From Octopus vulgaris (lineage: Eukaryota), in NCBI GenBank assembly GCA_951406725.2, contig OX597824.1, positions 66,588,001 to 66,652,000 of the forward strand: a stretch of DNA of 64,000 nt, written 5' to 3'. The first letter of the stretch is position 1. Every line of letters starts with the position of its first letter. The notes under the pieces were generated by a model that saw only the letters and a list, made by a program, of their open reading frames with translations, did not search any database and had not been told where the DNA came from. Shown piece by piece: positions 27,954 through 42,090 of this stretch. Made by a program: the position numbers and the translations under genes.

Positions 27954-28007
27954 TGTATAGGTATATTAGAACAAAAGACTGGAAAATTTGGTACATTTTT
28001 AATTCCA

Positions 28008-28103
28008 CGTTACATGTGTTTCATTACGAGATAGGAGTTACAAAGGTACACATGTAGAAAAAATAAACATGTATAGAGTTTCTTCTTCGTAATCCTTCAG
28101 ACA
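28008..28103 (-). ncRNA. Degenerate type I hammerhead motif
   Basis: Minus strand tgt-CTGAAGG-attacga...tcgtaat-GAAA-cacatg-TA-acg. Confidence 0.55.
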
Positions 28104-30533
28104 AAGATTTAAAATAAAACATCTATATACATACATTGGATTAATGTGAACATGCAGATGTGCTTCATAAGGACACAGCTTGAGTATGATAACCCCTTAT
28201 ATATATATATATACACACATATATATATCCTTTAAGTTCATTCATGAGAACTATCTTGAATATGCAAATAAAAGCTCCTATTCTGTTATGCTGGCAACAG
28301 CCTAATGATGCCAATTGGTGATACCAGTTTTTTGGGGTTGCACTGAGCTGTACTGGTATAATATAGAATAAATATAGTAACAATAATAATAATCCTTGGA
28401 TGGAACTTATAAATATTTTAATGTATTGCTATGCACATTTCCACAAATCACATGTTTCTTATGATTGTAGCCCATATTCCTGGGATGATTACAGTGCAGA
28501 AAATGTAGGCATTTCTGTATGTATTTTGTGGTGAGGAGTGGATGGTGATGGAAAAGAAGGAAGGAATGGTAGTTGTTAGGAGATGGAGGTGTGTGTGGTG
28601 ATGTTGGATTTATTTTGCTATTTGAGTATGCAGATGTCAGGATGGTACAGCAGACCTCTCCTCAATGAATTCAGAAGTAGTTGGGTCAGCAGTTACAGCC
28701 TCTGTAGCCATCCAGTTGTTGGAATTCATTGTCTGAGTTGACAAATGATACTTTCTTAAATTGACGTTTTAATTGTTTTTGGTGGTATAATAGTTTAGCA
28801 TTTAGGATATGAAAATAATAGTTATTTTGTTTAGGTGCTTATGTTCTTCTCTTGTTCTGTTATATGCTAAAGACAAGTGTTTTTCTGTTTCAAAATGTTT
28901 TTCTTGAATTCTATGGACAAATGTCAGTGAAAAAGAACAAATGTTAGTGAAAAGGAACAAATGTCATGCATAGTACTCAATATGATCTCATATCACTGCA
29001 ATGTTGTTGATCCACTCAATACAATCAGATAGTGTTGCAACACATATTCAAAAACTGATCCTTAAAAGCTGAAGAAAGTATTATAATGTGATATTAAACA
29101 TTTATTTCTACTCAGTTTGTTTTTAAATGCACCGTGTCTTAAATATGTTAATACTAACTTATTTATCTATTTTAAAAGTTAGATATGTCTAGAGTTTTGG
29201 GTTTGGGCTTTCTTAATTCTCCTTGTATATTCCCTTTTTTTGTAACTGGCTCTGAGGAAAGACTAACTCAATACCTGTTTGACTGATTTTATCGAACAAA
29301 GAAAATTCTTTAGACATATTGTGGCTGATTCCTTGATGAATGTGAAAAGATTTGGAAGTACATATGTTAGTCTTGCAAGGGGACAGGGAGATTCTAATGA
29401 AAATAACTATAATGCTCTGCTGGCAGCTAAGAAACTTAATACCAGGATTCTTTAGGGTATGGTTCTCAACAACAGGCCTGTGGACCAGTGTTAGGCCATA
29501 TAGAAAGAATTACTTTTTAAATACTATTTTTATTTTGTTGATTATTACAGTTTTCAGGGATTTTGTATTATAAAAGTATTTATATGTAATATATTTGTAT
29601 TATATATATAATAAACTAATTATATACTATGCACTTTATTGCATTTTTTATGCAAGTGATTCTTTGGTCCATGGAAAGATTGTATTGCATGAGACTGTCC
29701 ATAGTGCAAAAAAGATTGTAGCCTTTTAGCATTCAGATTACTTAGTCAAATGTAATGCTTATTTATTCACAATGTTTTGAATTAATCATGCATTATCTTG
29801 TAGCTTTGAGATTTCAATGATGTGAATGTATATTTTTAGAATGTTATGGTAGTATAGGTGTGAGGTGCTGGATCTGGCCAGTTTGAACATAAAACAGGTA
29901 GAATATTAGGGCTGGATATGGCCAGTTTAAATACTAAAGTGTCAGGGCACACAACATCACCCAAATCTTGGTAGGATTCATGGCTCTTTTTGTTTTTTAG
30001 GGCCTCTGAAATTGATGGCTGGAAGAAAAGAAGTTATCTTTGAACTGAGGACCAGGGCTGAATGTGTACATCAGAGTGGACCTTGCTAGAGGGACCTAAA
30101 AAGTGAGAAGGAGTACTAAACCAAGGGACTGATTAACTCAGAATGCAAAGAGCCAGAACAAATACTGCAAAACAAATCTCTGGATGCTGTTACAGTTCCA
30201 TCACTCTCCATTCTGGTCTGGCACTGACTTTTATTGTCTTCTAAAGGATAAAAGGCAAAGTTGATCTTATTGAGATTTGAATTGAGGGTGCAGAGTGGAG
30301 TAACAAATACAACCTGGTACTATGTCTTAAGCTTTAACAACTAAACCAACTATTCACCACGTTAAATATGTAAACACTAGCTGAACTATTGCTTTTCCTG
30401 CAGATAGTGTCACTGAGTAATTTTCAACTGTGATTTATTTTTTTAAACATGCTAAAATTCTGTGCCTCCTCCTGGGTAATATGACTCATCTATTTATAGT
30501 GCTTTTCAAAAAACTTCAGCAAATTCTGTGAAG

Positions 30534-30574
30534 TTTTCTGAGGAGGTCATATATGACTGAAACATATCTAGAGT
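30534..30574 (+). ncRNA. Degenerate minimal hammerhead motif
   Basis: CTGAGGA-ggtcat-at-atgact-GAAA-catatc-TA; stem I is weak. Confidence 0.55.
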
Positions 30575-31696
30575 TGTTTCTCTGTACTTACTGAAATGTC
30601 TTTTCCATATGGTGTAATTATTTTTTAATTAGTTTATTGATACTCACTTTATTAAATATGTTAACACTAAATCTAACTGTTATATTTTAACGCAGATAAC
30701 ATCTCTAAATTATTTCATTCTGAGGAGTGGAGATGGTATTTATCGTTTAAAACTGTGTCAACTAAAAAGATTAAAACTTTTACATATTGTGTAGAAACAA
30801 GATGAAAAACACCACCACCACCACCACCAATGGAAACAAACAACAACCTAAAACAAAACCAAAAGGATGTCGTATAAGGATTAACACACTCAAAAATTTA
30901 TACGTATGAATGACGTGTGTATCAGACCGGATGTAACTGTTGACCTTTTATTTCTCTTTCTTTCACATTCAACCAATAATGGTGTGTGTGTTTGTGTGTG
31001 TGTGTGTGTGTGCACATGTGCACGTGCATGCTTGTGTGTGTATGTCTAAATATATAAGATTTATAAGTAACAAAATAAAAAGGCAAGATGTGACAGTGAA
31101 GCATCTGCAGGCAAGACACTATTAATTATCCTTCCTTTGTGACACTTTTATTAGCTGATGTGTGACATCATTCAATGCCAGATTTCCATCTGTCCCATCC
31201 CTGTTCTCACCTCCCAGCTCAGCTCCAAGCAATAATCAGCTTGTACAGTATCTTTCCCACCACCAAAAATCTCACCAAAAAACCCAAGAAAAATTATAGA
31301 TATTTGGATAATGTTAGAATACAAAATGTTATTTCCAAAATAGGGTATTGAAATAAGCCAATGAAAGTAGTGATTCTGAACCTTTTCTATGCCATGAATC
31401 TCTAGGAAACATCTGATTAATTTTTACACCCTTCACTACAAAAATAATACTATATTTAAAGATGATAAAGCTAGTTTTCTAATAAAATAACTAATTAATT
31501 TTTTCTTTAAATTGAATCACATAGAATAATATTTTTTTACTTTTGGCATTTTGAGTTTGGAGAAGGGACCCTTGTTCATGAACTTTACAGGTTCTCCAAA
31601 ATCTGTGAGTTTGATACCATTAATGTTTTATTTAAACTATTGTTGAAAAGCTAGCCATCACCTATGAACAAGTATAGCTTTGTGCCTACAGCAGAG

Positions 31697-31698
<2 letters not shown>

Positions 31699-31775
<77 letters not shown>
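31699..31775. repeat. (ATT)n microsatellite
   Basis: Directly visible. Confidence 0.97.
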
Positions 31776-31776
<1 letters not shown>

Positions 31777-31780
31777 CATT

Positions 31781-32885
31781 TGTGGTAAGCTGGCAGAATT
31801 GTTAGTATGGTGGGCAAAATGCTCAGTGGTATTTTGTCTGTCTTTACATTTTGAGTTCAAATTCCAACAAGGTCAATTTTCATCCTTTCAAGGTCATTAA
31901 AATAAATACCAATTGAGTAGTGGAATTGATGTAATTGACTTAACCCCCTCCCCTGAACTTGTTGGCCTTGGGCCAAAATTTGAAATCCTTATTATAATTA
32001 CTTGCAAGGTGGCAAGCTTGCAGAATCAATAGCACACTGAACAAAATGCTTAGTGGCATTTCATTTGTCTTTATGTCTTGAGTTCAAACTCCACCAAGTT
32101 CAAGTTTGCCTTTCATCCTTTAAGGGTCAATAAGTACCCATTGAGCATTGGGGTCAATGTAATTCACTTCCCCTTTTCCCTAAAATCTGCTAGTTTTGTG
32201 CCAAAATTTTAAACCATAATCATAATTTTCAGTAAGATGGTGAGTTGAGCTGGCAGAATCATTTGCATACTGGGCAAACTGCTTAGTAGCCTTTCATCCA
32301 TCATTTTGTTCTGAGTTCAAATTCTGCTGAGTTTGAGTTTGCCTTTCATCCTTTCAGAGTCAATGAGATAAGTACCCATTGAGCACTGGAGTCGATGTAA
32401 TTGTCTAGAAGCGGCGAGCTGGCAGAATCGTTAGCATGCCGGCTGGAATACTTAGCAGTATTTCAGCTGCCTTTACGTTCTGAGTTCAAATTCTGCTAAG
32501 GTCAACTTTGCCTTTCATCCTTCCGGGGTTGATTAAATAAGTACCAGCTATGTACTGGAGTCGATATATTCGACTTAATCTGTTTGTCCCCTCTGTGTTT
32601 AGCCCCTTGTGGGTAGTAAAGAAATAGTAATTGACTAGTCCCCTTCCTCAAAATTTCAGGCCTTATACTTAAAGTAGAAAGGATTATTGTAATTGTTTGC
32701 ATGCTGGAGAAAATGTTTCATGATATATCTTCCAGCTTTTTAAGTTCTGAGCTCAAATCCTGCTGATGTCAACTTTGTCTTTCATCCTTTTGGGGTTAAT
32801 AAAATAAACTACCAGTCAAGCACTGAAATTGATGTAATTAACTTTTACCCTCCATTCAAAGTTGCTGGCCTTGTGCCAAAGTTTC
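31781..32885 (+). repeat. Tandem array of about 5 SINE family C units (~180-260 bp each)
   Basis: Repeating gagctggcagaatc...tctgagttcaaat...tttgcctttcatcct...aagtacc...ggccttgtgccaaa, mostly separated by short ATT-rich spacers. Confidence 0.85.
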
Positions 32886-32916
32886 AAAAAATTATTATTG
32901 TTATTATTATTATTAT

Positions 32917-35900
32917 GTTTTTTCCTTCTTTCTTCAAATTTTCTTCCGTTTCTCGCCGAGTGTTTTCCATACACCTAGGGCAGAGAAGGGCATTGCATTC
33001 ATTCCCAGATTACACGTGCAAATTCACAGATAAAATATGTATTTAAAAATTAATAAATAAATAAATTCATGGATGGATGTTATTTTCACAGTAAAAGTGC
33101 TCTTCTCAGTACATGAGCCGTTCCAGTTAATACGATTTTTTGCACTTCCTGTAGGGAAGGTAAGACTGGAATCATTTTCAAATAGGTTTCAGTACCTTTT
33201 TTTATCATTCCTAGAGATCCTACAATCACTGGTACAGTAGTTGCCTTGAGATGCCACATTTTTTCAATTTCTATTAGCAGGTCTTTATATTTACTAATCT
33301 TGTCAAATTCTTTTGCCGCTATATTGTGATCATAGGGAATACTCATGTCAACTAATTTAACACATCCTTTTTGTCTGATCTTTTATAATAATATCCGGTT
33401 TATTAGCTTTTATAGTCCTGTTGGTCAGCATGGGGAAGTCCCATAGAATTGACACATTTTCTCCCTCAGTCACAACTTCAGGATGATGTTTATACCATTT
33501 GTCAGCGGTTTTGATTTTATAATGCCGACATATTGTCCAATGTAAATACTGGCCAACTCTGTCATGTCTTGCTTTATATTCTGCAGGTGCTAAGACTACA
33601 CCCGTAGATTAGGTGGTCTATTGTTTCAATCTCATCGTTACAGAATTGGCATTTTGGGTCAGCTCCATTTTTCATCACATTGGCTTCGTAGTTCCGGGTT
33701 AATAAGCTTTGATCTTGAGCAGCTAATATGAAACCTTCACTCTCTGCTTTTAGCCCTGAGCTTCGTAACCATTGGTGCGTGTGTTTCTGGTCGACATCAG
33801 CTTGTTTGCTACGGGCCACATACTTGCCATGGAGAGGTTTCTGTTCCCATCTGCTAGCTAAATTTTCATGTGCTTTTGTCTTTGCAATTAATTTTCTTTT
33901 CTTTGCAGCTGCAGTTGGCGCATTTCCTTCAGCCTGCTCAATATAGTGAGTATCTAAGAGATCTGCAGAGAATTTTTTGCTGTCTTTGAGAATAGAGTGA
34001 AGTTTTTTAGGTCTTTCATGTTTTTCAACAAGTTTTAGCATCCAATCGTTGGTTGCTTCAAGGTATTTGGCCAGTCCGATTGTGGTGGTTTTGTATGTAA
34101 GTTCAAGCTGGATCAAACCTCGGCCTCCCTGAGCTCTGGGAAGGTAAAGGCGATCCACGTCTGCCTTTGGATGGTGCATCTTATCACAAGTCAGTAGCTT
34201 GCGGATTTTTCGGTCAATTTTCATTATTTCACTGGTATTCCAGTTAAGCACATTGAAGCTATAAAGAACCTTATTATATGCATTCAGCTCAGACTTCAGG
34301 ACTGCTCGAACTCTTCTATAACATTCTTTCCTAACCTTCTCTTTCATGCTTGCATGCTGGATACCAGAGCCTTCATTTATTCCTAGGTATTTATAGGTTT
34401 GTTCCTGCTCAAGTTCCTTTATTACTATTTCGACATCTAATTCGATTGAACTAGACTTTACCAATTTCCCTTTCTTAAAAGTGGCTTTGGCACACTTTTC
34501 AAGGCCAAACTCCATCCCGATATCATCACTGAATCCTTTCACAGTATGTAATAATCCTTTAAGCTCTACATCGTCTTTGCCATATAGCTTTAAGTTATCC
34601 ATATAAAATAGATGGCTTATTTTCCTGTTGTCAATTTTGTAGCCATATCCTGTTCTATTCAGTTCACTTGAGAGTGGTATTAGTGCTATGCAGAAAATTA
34701 GTGGTGAAAGTGAGTCACCTTGGAAAATTCCACAGTTTATGCTAATGTTGTTTGAGTGCAATACTGCATTAGAATGATATAATTGGAGCTTCGTGTTCCA
34801 TAGTGACATATTATACTTTAAAAAATCTGAAATCACAGGAGAAATTTTGAAAATGTCTAGCGATTTCAGAATCCACGAATGTGGTATGCTGTCAAAGGCT
34901 TTTTTATAATCAATCTATGAAGAGCTGAGATTTCTGCGCTTGGTATGGTAGTTCTCAAAGATCATGCGATTAATTAGGAGCTGATCTTTGCATCTGTATG
35001 AACCTCGTCTGCATCCTTTTTGTTCAGTGGGAAAGAGGTTATTCTCTTCCATAAACGTATATGTTTTCTCTACTAGAATAGATGTCAAAATCTTATAGGT
35101 AGTAGATAAACATGTTATAGGCCGGTAGTTTCTTGGGTCTTTCGTTTTGTTATTTTTGGGGAGGAGGTAAGTAATACCATTTGCCATCCAATGTGGTGTT
35201 TTTTCCGGGTCTTTCATAATACTATTAAATAGTATTACTAATATTTTGTGTGCGGACGAGAGTGATGAGAGCCAGAAATTTGGTACTCTATCAATACCAG
35301 GGGATTTCCACTTATGAGCCTTCATTAGTGCCCTCCTTAGGTCGGCGATTGAGATGTCTTCCCATACCTGTTCTTGTAGATTTTTGTAGTCATCTTGGGT
35401 GCATTTGATCCACTCTGCATTTTCATTGTGTGATTTCTCATCACTCCAGATTCCCTTCCAAAAGTTTTCAACTTCTTCCATTAGGAGTGGATTTTCAATG
35501 GTTATTTTTTCTTTCCCTATTTCCCTGTAAAATGATCTGGCATTGGATTTGAACATCTTATTTTGTTTGTAGAATTTGATTCTTTTCTCAAATCTGTGTA
35601 TTCTCTGAGCTTTTGCTTGAACTTTTTATTTAAGGGTTTCTTTCGCTGACATTAGTTCTTCTCTTGTTGAGTGTCCATATCTTCTCACAATCTTCCTTCC
35701 TTTTCTTGATCTTACATCATTTCCAGAGATTAGCTCAGTTAATATTGATATCTCCCTTCGCAATGATTCAATTTCAGTGTCAATTCTACTCCTCCAGTTT
35801 GATTTTCTTTTCGAATTTGGTATTGTTGGCTTTTTGGATGTCAAACAGCGACTTTCGATTACCTTAGTGACAGAGTAAATAATTTCATTTAATTTATTAA

Positions 35901-36200
35901 GATCGGGTTTTAGTTGTTGTATGATTTCCAGTGTAACGCAGTTGCCAATTTTTATTTGTGTTTTATGTTGGTGTGCATTTGAGAGTTTATGGAGTGGTTC
36001 CCTATCATTCATAGTTGTATGCCCTACAACTGCAAGCTCATTCAGAACTTCCTGCTTCATTTCAATGATAGATTAACTGTGTTGCTCAACAAACATGTGG
36101 TCTTCAAATTCTGTTTCGACATCATTTTCCGGGCTGTTTTTTCTAGGGTCATTATATTTTCCTTCTTCAGGATCTTGAGTCATTTCGGCAGATGGTCGAA
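32917..36200 (-). mobile_element. R4/Dong-clade non-LTR retrotransposon (RT, CCHC, restriction-like endonuclease), mildly degenerate
   Basis: WKSPGID, NYRPITCL, GIFQGDSLSPL, FYMDN (YMDD mutated), CQFC..ETIDHLIYGC, NKPDII and IDMSIP...KISKYKDL. Both ends abut (TAA)n. Confidence 0.93.
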
Positions 36201-36213
36201 TATTATTATTATT

Positions 36214-36278
<65 letters not shown>

Positions 36279-36404
36279 TATTATCATCATCATCATTATT
36301 ATTATTATTATTATTATTATTTTTAAGGTGGCAATTTGGTAGAAGTGTTAGCATATTGGTCAAAATGCTTAATGGCATTTCTTCTGGTTTCATATTTTCT
36401 TTTC

Positions 36405-36468
<64 letters not shown>

Positions 36469-37217
36469 ATTCTTCATTAATATTATATGTATTATTATTT
36501 TTGATTTTGGGTCTATATAAGCAACATGAAATTTTCTTTCCACATATCATGTATAATTACATAGTTTAATTCAGTTCTTGATAGCAGTCATTAAACTTCT
36601 GTTACACTTCTATTGCCATCTTTGTATTTTGCTTTGTGCATGTGCATGTGCATGTGTGTGTGTACACAAACACACACACACACACACACACACTTATCTA
36701 ATATAAATATATAAATATATACACACAGACACACACACACACAGACACATACACAGACACACACACACATGCACACATACACAAACATATGTGTATTTGT
36801 TTTGCAAGATACTTGATGTGAGATTGTATGTTGAAACAGGTATTGTTATACCTTTGGAATGGTCATATTTTGCCAGTTAAACACACACACACACCATGTA
36901 CACGTGGTTAATTGGCAAAATATGACCATTCCCAAGTATAACAAGTGTGTGTGTGTGTGTATATAGATAAATAGATTGATAGATAGACAGATATATGTCA
37001 TCATTATTTCATGAATGTCTTCCATGCTTGCATGGGTTAGATAATTTGACAGGAGCCAGGAACAAGAGGACTGCATTGGGCCCCAGCATCAGTTTTGGCT
37101 ATATATATATATATATATAATCATGTTAATTTATAATTTATTTACACATTTATTTATATCTATGTATATAAATATATATTTGCACATGTAATTACTTATA
37201 TATACATGCATATATAT

Positions 37218-37268
<51 letters not shown>

Positions 37269-37360
37269 CGTGTGTATATGTATATATATATAAATTTATA
37301 TATACATATATATATGTGTATATATATGTATGTATATATGCATATATATATATATATATG

Positions 37361-38390
37361 CAAGTCTCCCGTTACGTAAACGAGTAACGGTGCATAAAGA
37401 ACAAATAAATCTCCCGGAATACCGACAAATTCCACTGAGTGACCACTTAGACTCATGTGCTAAAGACTTAAACCCCAAATTCTATATATTCCCCTTCTAC
37501 CAATGTAAAGACGGGATCACCACACAGGAGAGAATTAACAAGGAGAATCTCTTTATTGAAAAATTCCAAACACAACTTAATATGCAAACTCCTCGTTGAT
37601 CAAACTTCCTTTCTCTACCTCACTCTTCATGGATGGACTAACACAAATATATAAAGATACCATGCATTCATCACTTCAAGCTAAAACTTATATTCTTTAA
37701 ATATCATTTTTACTATTGTTGTTATTACTATCATTTTTATTATAAATGATATGACAATTTGAAATGCAATTGTCTATGCAGATTTATATTATTAGAAAAT
37801 AATATAAATAAAGTGTTAAAATCTGAAAGTTAAGTTAACAAGCAATTATATAAAAAAGATAATGCAAATGAAGCTAAAATGATAGTTTTATAATTTGGGT
37901 TTTATTGAAGAACTCAAAAGAGTTGTCTCCCCTTACTCACAACACAGGAACTGAAGAACCAGGACCACAATTACTACTACTTCCTGTCCTGCAACATGCT
38001 GAATTTAACAACACAACACATCACATGCTCTTAATCCCTTTGGATCTTAACACCTCAAGGTAATTTTTTGGTAAACAACCATAAAACTCAAGATACACAA
38101 CGAACTCACAATGTATCGGAGAACTTATTTTTTAATTTTTGTACATTTTTATCATTATTCTTTTACAAAAAACAATGCAATTTTCTTATTTTCCCCTTTC
38201 TAATTTTTAAAAAAACTTCTTAAAACATAAATATTCTTGACAAGTCATACAATGACGAAAACCAGTTGAATAAATATATATTTATATATTTTATCATTTT
38301 CTCATTTTATTAAAATTTTCTTTCATTTGAGCATTCTGCATTTTAAAAAAAATTTTTCCTTACTTATCATTTCTCCACGTGCGGTCAACA
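37361..38390 (+). mobile_element. 5'-truncated Penelope-like element (GIY-YIG C-terminus plus 3' UTR/pLTR)
   Basis: [12 protein letters not shown]...RQIPLSDHL...FYIFPFY...KENLFIEKF, paralogous to 15642-15932. Flanked by (TA)n, with a hammerhead remnant at 38232-38272. Confidence 0.8.
38232..38272 (+). ncRNA. Decayed hammerhead motif in Penelope 3' region
   Basis: tattc-TTGACAA-gtcat-aca-atgac-GAAA-accag-TT-gaata; stems I and II intact, core mutated. Confidence 0.6.
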
Positions 38391-38531
38391 CAACCCCACC
38401 ATTTATTGATCTATATATATATATATATATATATATGTACATATATATATGTGTATGTGTGCATATATATGTCTATATATGTGTTTTTTTGTGTGTGTGC
38501 ATATATATATATCTATATATACATACATACT

Positions 38532-38928
38532 CTTTTACTCTTTTACTTGTTTCAGTCATTTGACTGCGGCCATGCCTGAGCACTGCCTTTTAGTCGAGCA
38601 AATTGACCCCGGGACTTATTCTTTGTAAGCCCAGTACTTATTCTATCGGTCTCTTTTGCCGAACCGCTAAGTGACGGGGACGTAAACACACCAGCATCGG
38701 TTGTCAAGCAATGCTAGGGGGAAAAACACAGACACACAAACACACACACACATACACATATATACGACAAACTTCTTTCAGTTTTCGTCTACCAAATCCA
38801 CTCACAAGGCATTGGTCGGCCTGGGGCTATAGCAGAAGACACTTGCCCAAGATGCTACGCAGTGGGACTGAACCCAGAACCATGTGGTTGGTTAGCAAGC
38901 TACTTACCACACAGCCACTACTGCGCCT
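38532..38928 (-). mobile_element. SINE family A, full length
   Basis: Reverse complement of 45500-45900. Confidence 0.9.
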
Positions 38929-38974
38929 ATGCATATATATTTATATTATATACATACATACAAACATATATATA

Positions 38975-39830
38975 AGGTAATTCCATAAATAACGTTGTTT
39001 TTTCAATTGCATGAGCTAAAAGTCTTGGGGGACGGGATAAGCTACCTACATGAACTTGCTATAAAAGCAGGTAGCAATTTTACCCTAATAGTTATTTTTT
39101 TAAAGCTTTAGTGGAAGTGACAAAAGGAGCATATTCAGCATATTTTGCTTTATGAATTCAATAAAGGCAACAATGCAATGGAAAATGCAAAAAATATTAA
39201 TGTAGTATATGGGACAATAAGTGTAAGCCAGTGTCAATGGTGGTTCCAGAAATTCTGAGCTGAAAACTACAGCTTAGAAGACAAACCTCATCCTGAAATA
39301 TCTGTAGAGCTTGATGAGGACATCCTGCAAACTCTGATGGAACAAAATCTCATTGTAACTGTTGAGTAACTTGCAGAGAAACGTGGATTTGGTCATTCAA
39401 CCAGTCATCAACACCTGCGTGCCATTGGAAAAGGCAACAAATTGGGTCAATGGGTTCCTCGTAAACTTTCCTTGTCTAATTGCATGCATAGGGTGAATGT
39501 GTGCTCTTCTTTGCTGTCATGTCACACAAACGAACCTTTTTTGACTGAATAGTGACTGGTGATGAAAAATAGGTACTCTATAAGAATGTCAAGTGCTGAG
39601 GACAGTGGGTAGGGAAAGGGGAAACACTGGCACCTCAAGCTAAGAAGGTTTTCACCCATGTAAGGAGTTGTTATCTGTTTGGTGGGATATGAAAGATTCA
39701 GTCTACTTTGAACTTTTAAACCCAAACCAAACGATAACAAAGGAGATCTACTGTGAGCAGCTTGAGCAGCTTATGAAAAACAACCATCTTTGTTTTAAGA
39801 TACAGTGAGGATGATATTCCAAAGGCTGGA
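38975..39830 (+). mobile_element. Mariner transposon, degenerate and 3'-truncated
   Basis: ILLYEFNKGNNA...QCQWWFQKF...LEDKPHP...KLGQWVPRKL...IVTGDEK...SVWWDMK (WVPHEL-type motif and first catalytic Asp). Confidence 0.88.
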
Positions 39831-39839
39831 GTAGTCTAG

Positions 39840-40051
39840 AGGGACAAACACAGACACACAAACACACACACATACATATACATATATATACATATATACG
39901 ACAGGCTTCTTTCAGTTTCCGTCTACCAAATCCACTCACAAGGCTTTGGTCGGCCCGAGGCTATAGCAGAAGACACTCGCCCAAGGTGCCACGCAGTGGG
40001 ACTGAACCCGGAACCATGTGGTTGGTAGACAAGCTACTTACCACACAGCCA
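39840..40051 (-). mobile_element. SINE family A 5' half
   Basis: Reverse complement of 45510-45712. Confidence 0.85.
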
Positions 40052-40065
40052 CATATATATATATA

Positions 40066-40149
<84 letters not shown>

Positions 40150-40154
<5 letters not shown>

Positions 40155-40431
40155 GGGAGTATAACTCCAAACTTACAGGGAAAATTCAATTTAGTATTAA
40201 ATCAAATTTCACAATATAAATATATAATATATATAAATTAGAGAAAAACCACCATCATGCAATTCAAACAATGATAGATATAAACCAAATCATAAAGAAA
40301 AAAATAAAATATTCATTTTTTTGTACTTTTTGTGATCTAGTTATATGTTTTATGATATATTTTATTTTTTATTTATGATTTGGTTTATGTCTATCATTAT
40401 TTGAATTGCATAATAGTGGTTTTTCTCTAAT
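40150..40431. repeat. (TA)n-flanked element with ~75-bp inverted arms
   Basis: Arms at about 40237-40313 and 40356-40431; the head aacttacagggaaaa.ttcaatttag is shared with 44746-45080. Confidence 0.8.
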
Positions 40432-40432
40432 A

Positions 40433-40470
<38 letters not shown>

Positions 40471-40474
<4 letters not shown>

Positions 40475-40803
40475 CTCAGTGGTTAGAGCATCGAGCTTAC
40501 GATCGTGAGGTTGTGAGCTCGAATCCCGGACCGGGCTGCGTGTTGTGTTCTCGAGCAAGGCACTTTATTTCACGTTGCTCCAGTTCACTCAGCTGTAGAA
40601 ATGAGTTGCGACGTCACAGGTGCCAAGCTGTATCGACCTTTGTCTTTCCCTTGGATAACACTGGTGGCGTGGAGAGGGAAGGCTGGTATGCATGGGCGAC
40701 TGCTAGCCTTCCATAAACAACCTTGCCCGGACTTGTGTCTAGGAGGGTAACTTTCTAGGTGCAATCCCATGGTCATTCATGACCGAAGGGGGTCTTTACC
40801 CTT
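40471..40803 (+). mobile_element. tRNA-derived SINE (family B2)
   Basis: Paralogue of 2656-2990. Confidence 0.85.
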
Positions 40804-40871
40804 TATATATAAATATATATAAACATATACATGTGTGTTTGTCTGTGTATATACATACATACATACATACA

Positions 40872-40994
<123 letters not shown>

Positions 40995-41053
40995 AAAGTG
41001 TCAGTAAAACATAAATCTGAAAAAGAAGCACACTCTAAGTTATAGAGCAGTGT

Positions 41054-41459
41054 ATAATATAGATAATGTTAGATAAGGCTGGTTTATGGGTTTATCCTAG
41101 GTTTCACGTCCATAAAGCACTTGGCTTCATGGCGTTTCATCAGATCCCAGAACCTGTTGGCTTAAGGCCTCATTTGAATGTGGAGGAGCAAAGCACCTTG
41201 CTACTCAATGTCAACAACAGGGGTTTGTCACCCTTTGGCTATCAGTTGCAAGTGACCCTGTTATTTGTAGGTTCCAATAGGTTAGCAAGACTTCCCCTGT
41301 TGTTGACATTGAGTAGTGAGGTCCTTTCCTCCTCCATATTTTAGAGAGGCTACTTGCTAGAGAGGCCTGAAACCAACAAGTTTTGGGATCTGATGATACA
41401 CTGTAAAGCTAAGAGATTTATGAACATGAAACCCAGGATAAAATGGCCTTATCCAACTT

Positions 41460-41468
<9 letters not shown>
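41054..41468. repeat. Imperfect long inverted repeat with a hammerhead-like motif in each arm
   Basis: Minus 41088-41148 reads gggat-CTGATGA-a-acgccatgaagc..gctttatggacgt-GAAA-cctagg; its mirror is at plus 41385-41443. Confidence 0.8.
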
Positions 41469-41551
<83 letters not shown>

Positions 41552-41633
41552 TTATATATATTTATATATTATATAATATATATATTTGATTAATGAAAGG
41601 GATGCAAGATGGGAGATATGAGAATGTTTATTG

Positions 41634-41739
41634 ATCACTACAATTGTTTCAATCAATCAAGTAATGATCCCTCAAAGGTGGGATACTGAAGAACTGGTTC
41701 AGGAGTATCCATTAGTGTAGATGTGTCTCTTCAGGTGAT
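41634..41739 (-). ncRNA. Type I hammerhead motif within inverted-repeat element 41584-41943
   Basis: Minus strand atcac-CTGAAGA-gacacatct...-GAAA-caattg-TA-gtgat; stem II is decayed. Confidence 0.65.
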
Positions 41740-42032
41740 TATAAGATGTATCTCGTTAAAATAACGTCTGTTTTGCTAGTTTTCTTCTTGGTATGTATAT
41801 ATAAAAGCATTAAATTAGGGGATACAACTTCATTATTCTAGAAGCTCAGTGATAATAAATATCAGACACAAAATGGAACACACTGTTGAAATCAATAAAC
41901 ATTCTCATATCTTCCATCTTCTGTTTCTCTCATTAATCAAATACCCAACGAAATCTGTAAAAGTGAATGTGCTTTAATGGCAAGCTACCAGGTGAATACC
42001 ATATGATTTATTTCTAATACATATATATATAC

Positions 42033-42087
<55 letters not shown>

Positions 42088-42090
<3 letters not shown>

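Noticed and set aside
29455-29720. Possible hAT MITE (ggttctcaac...ggtccat..gtgcaaaaaagattg)
   Set aside because: Termini and an 8-bp TSD could not be confirmed.
33574-34836. 420-aa ORF as an active retrotransposon or domesticated gene
   Set aside because: The catalytic YMDD is YMDN and the flanking coding sequence has stops and frameshifts.
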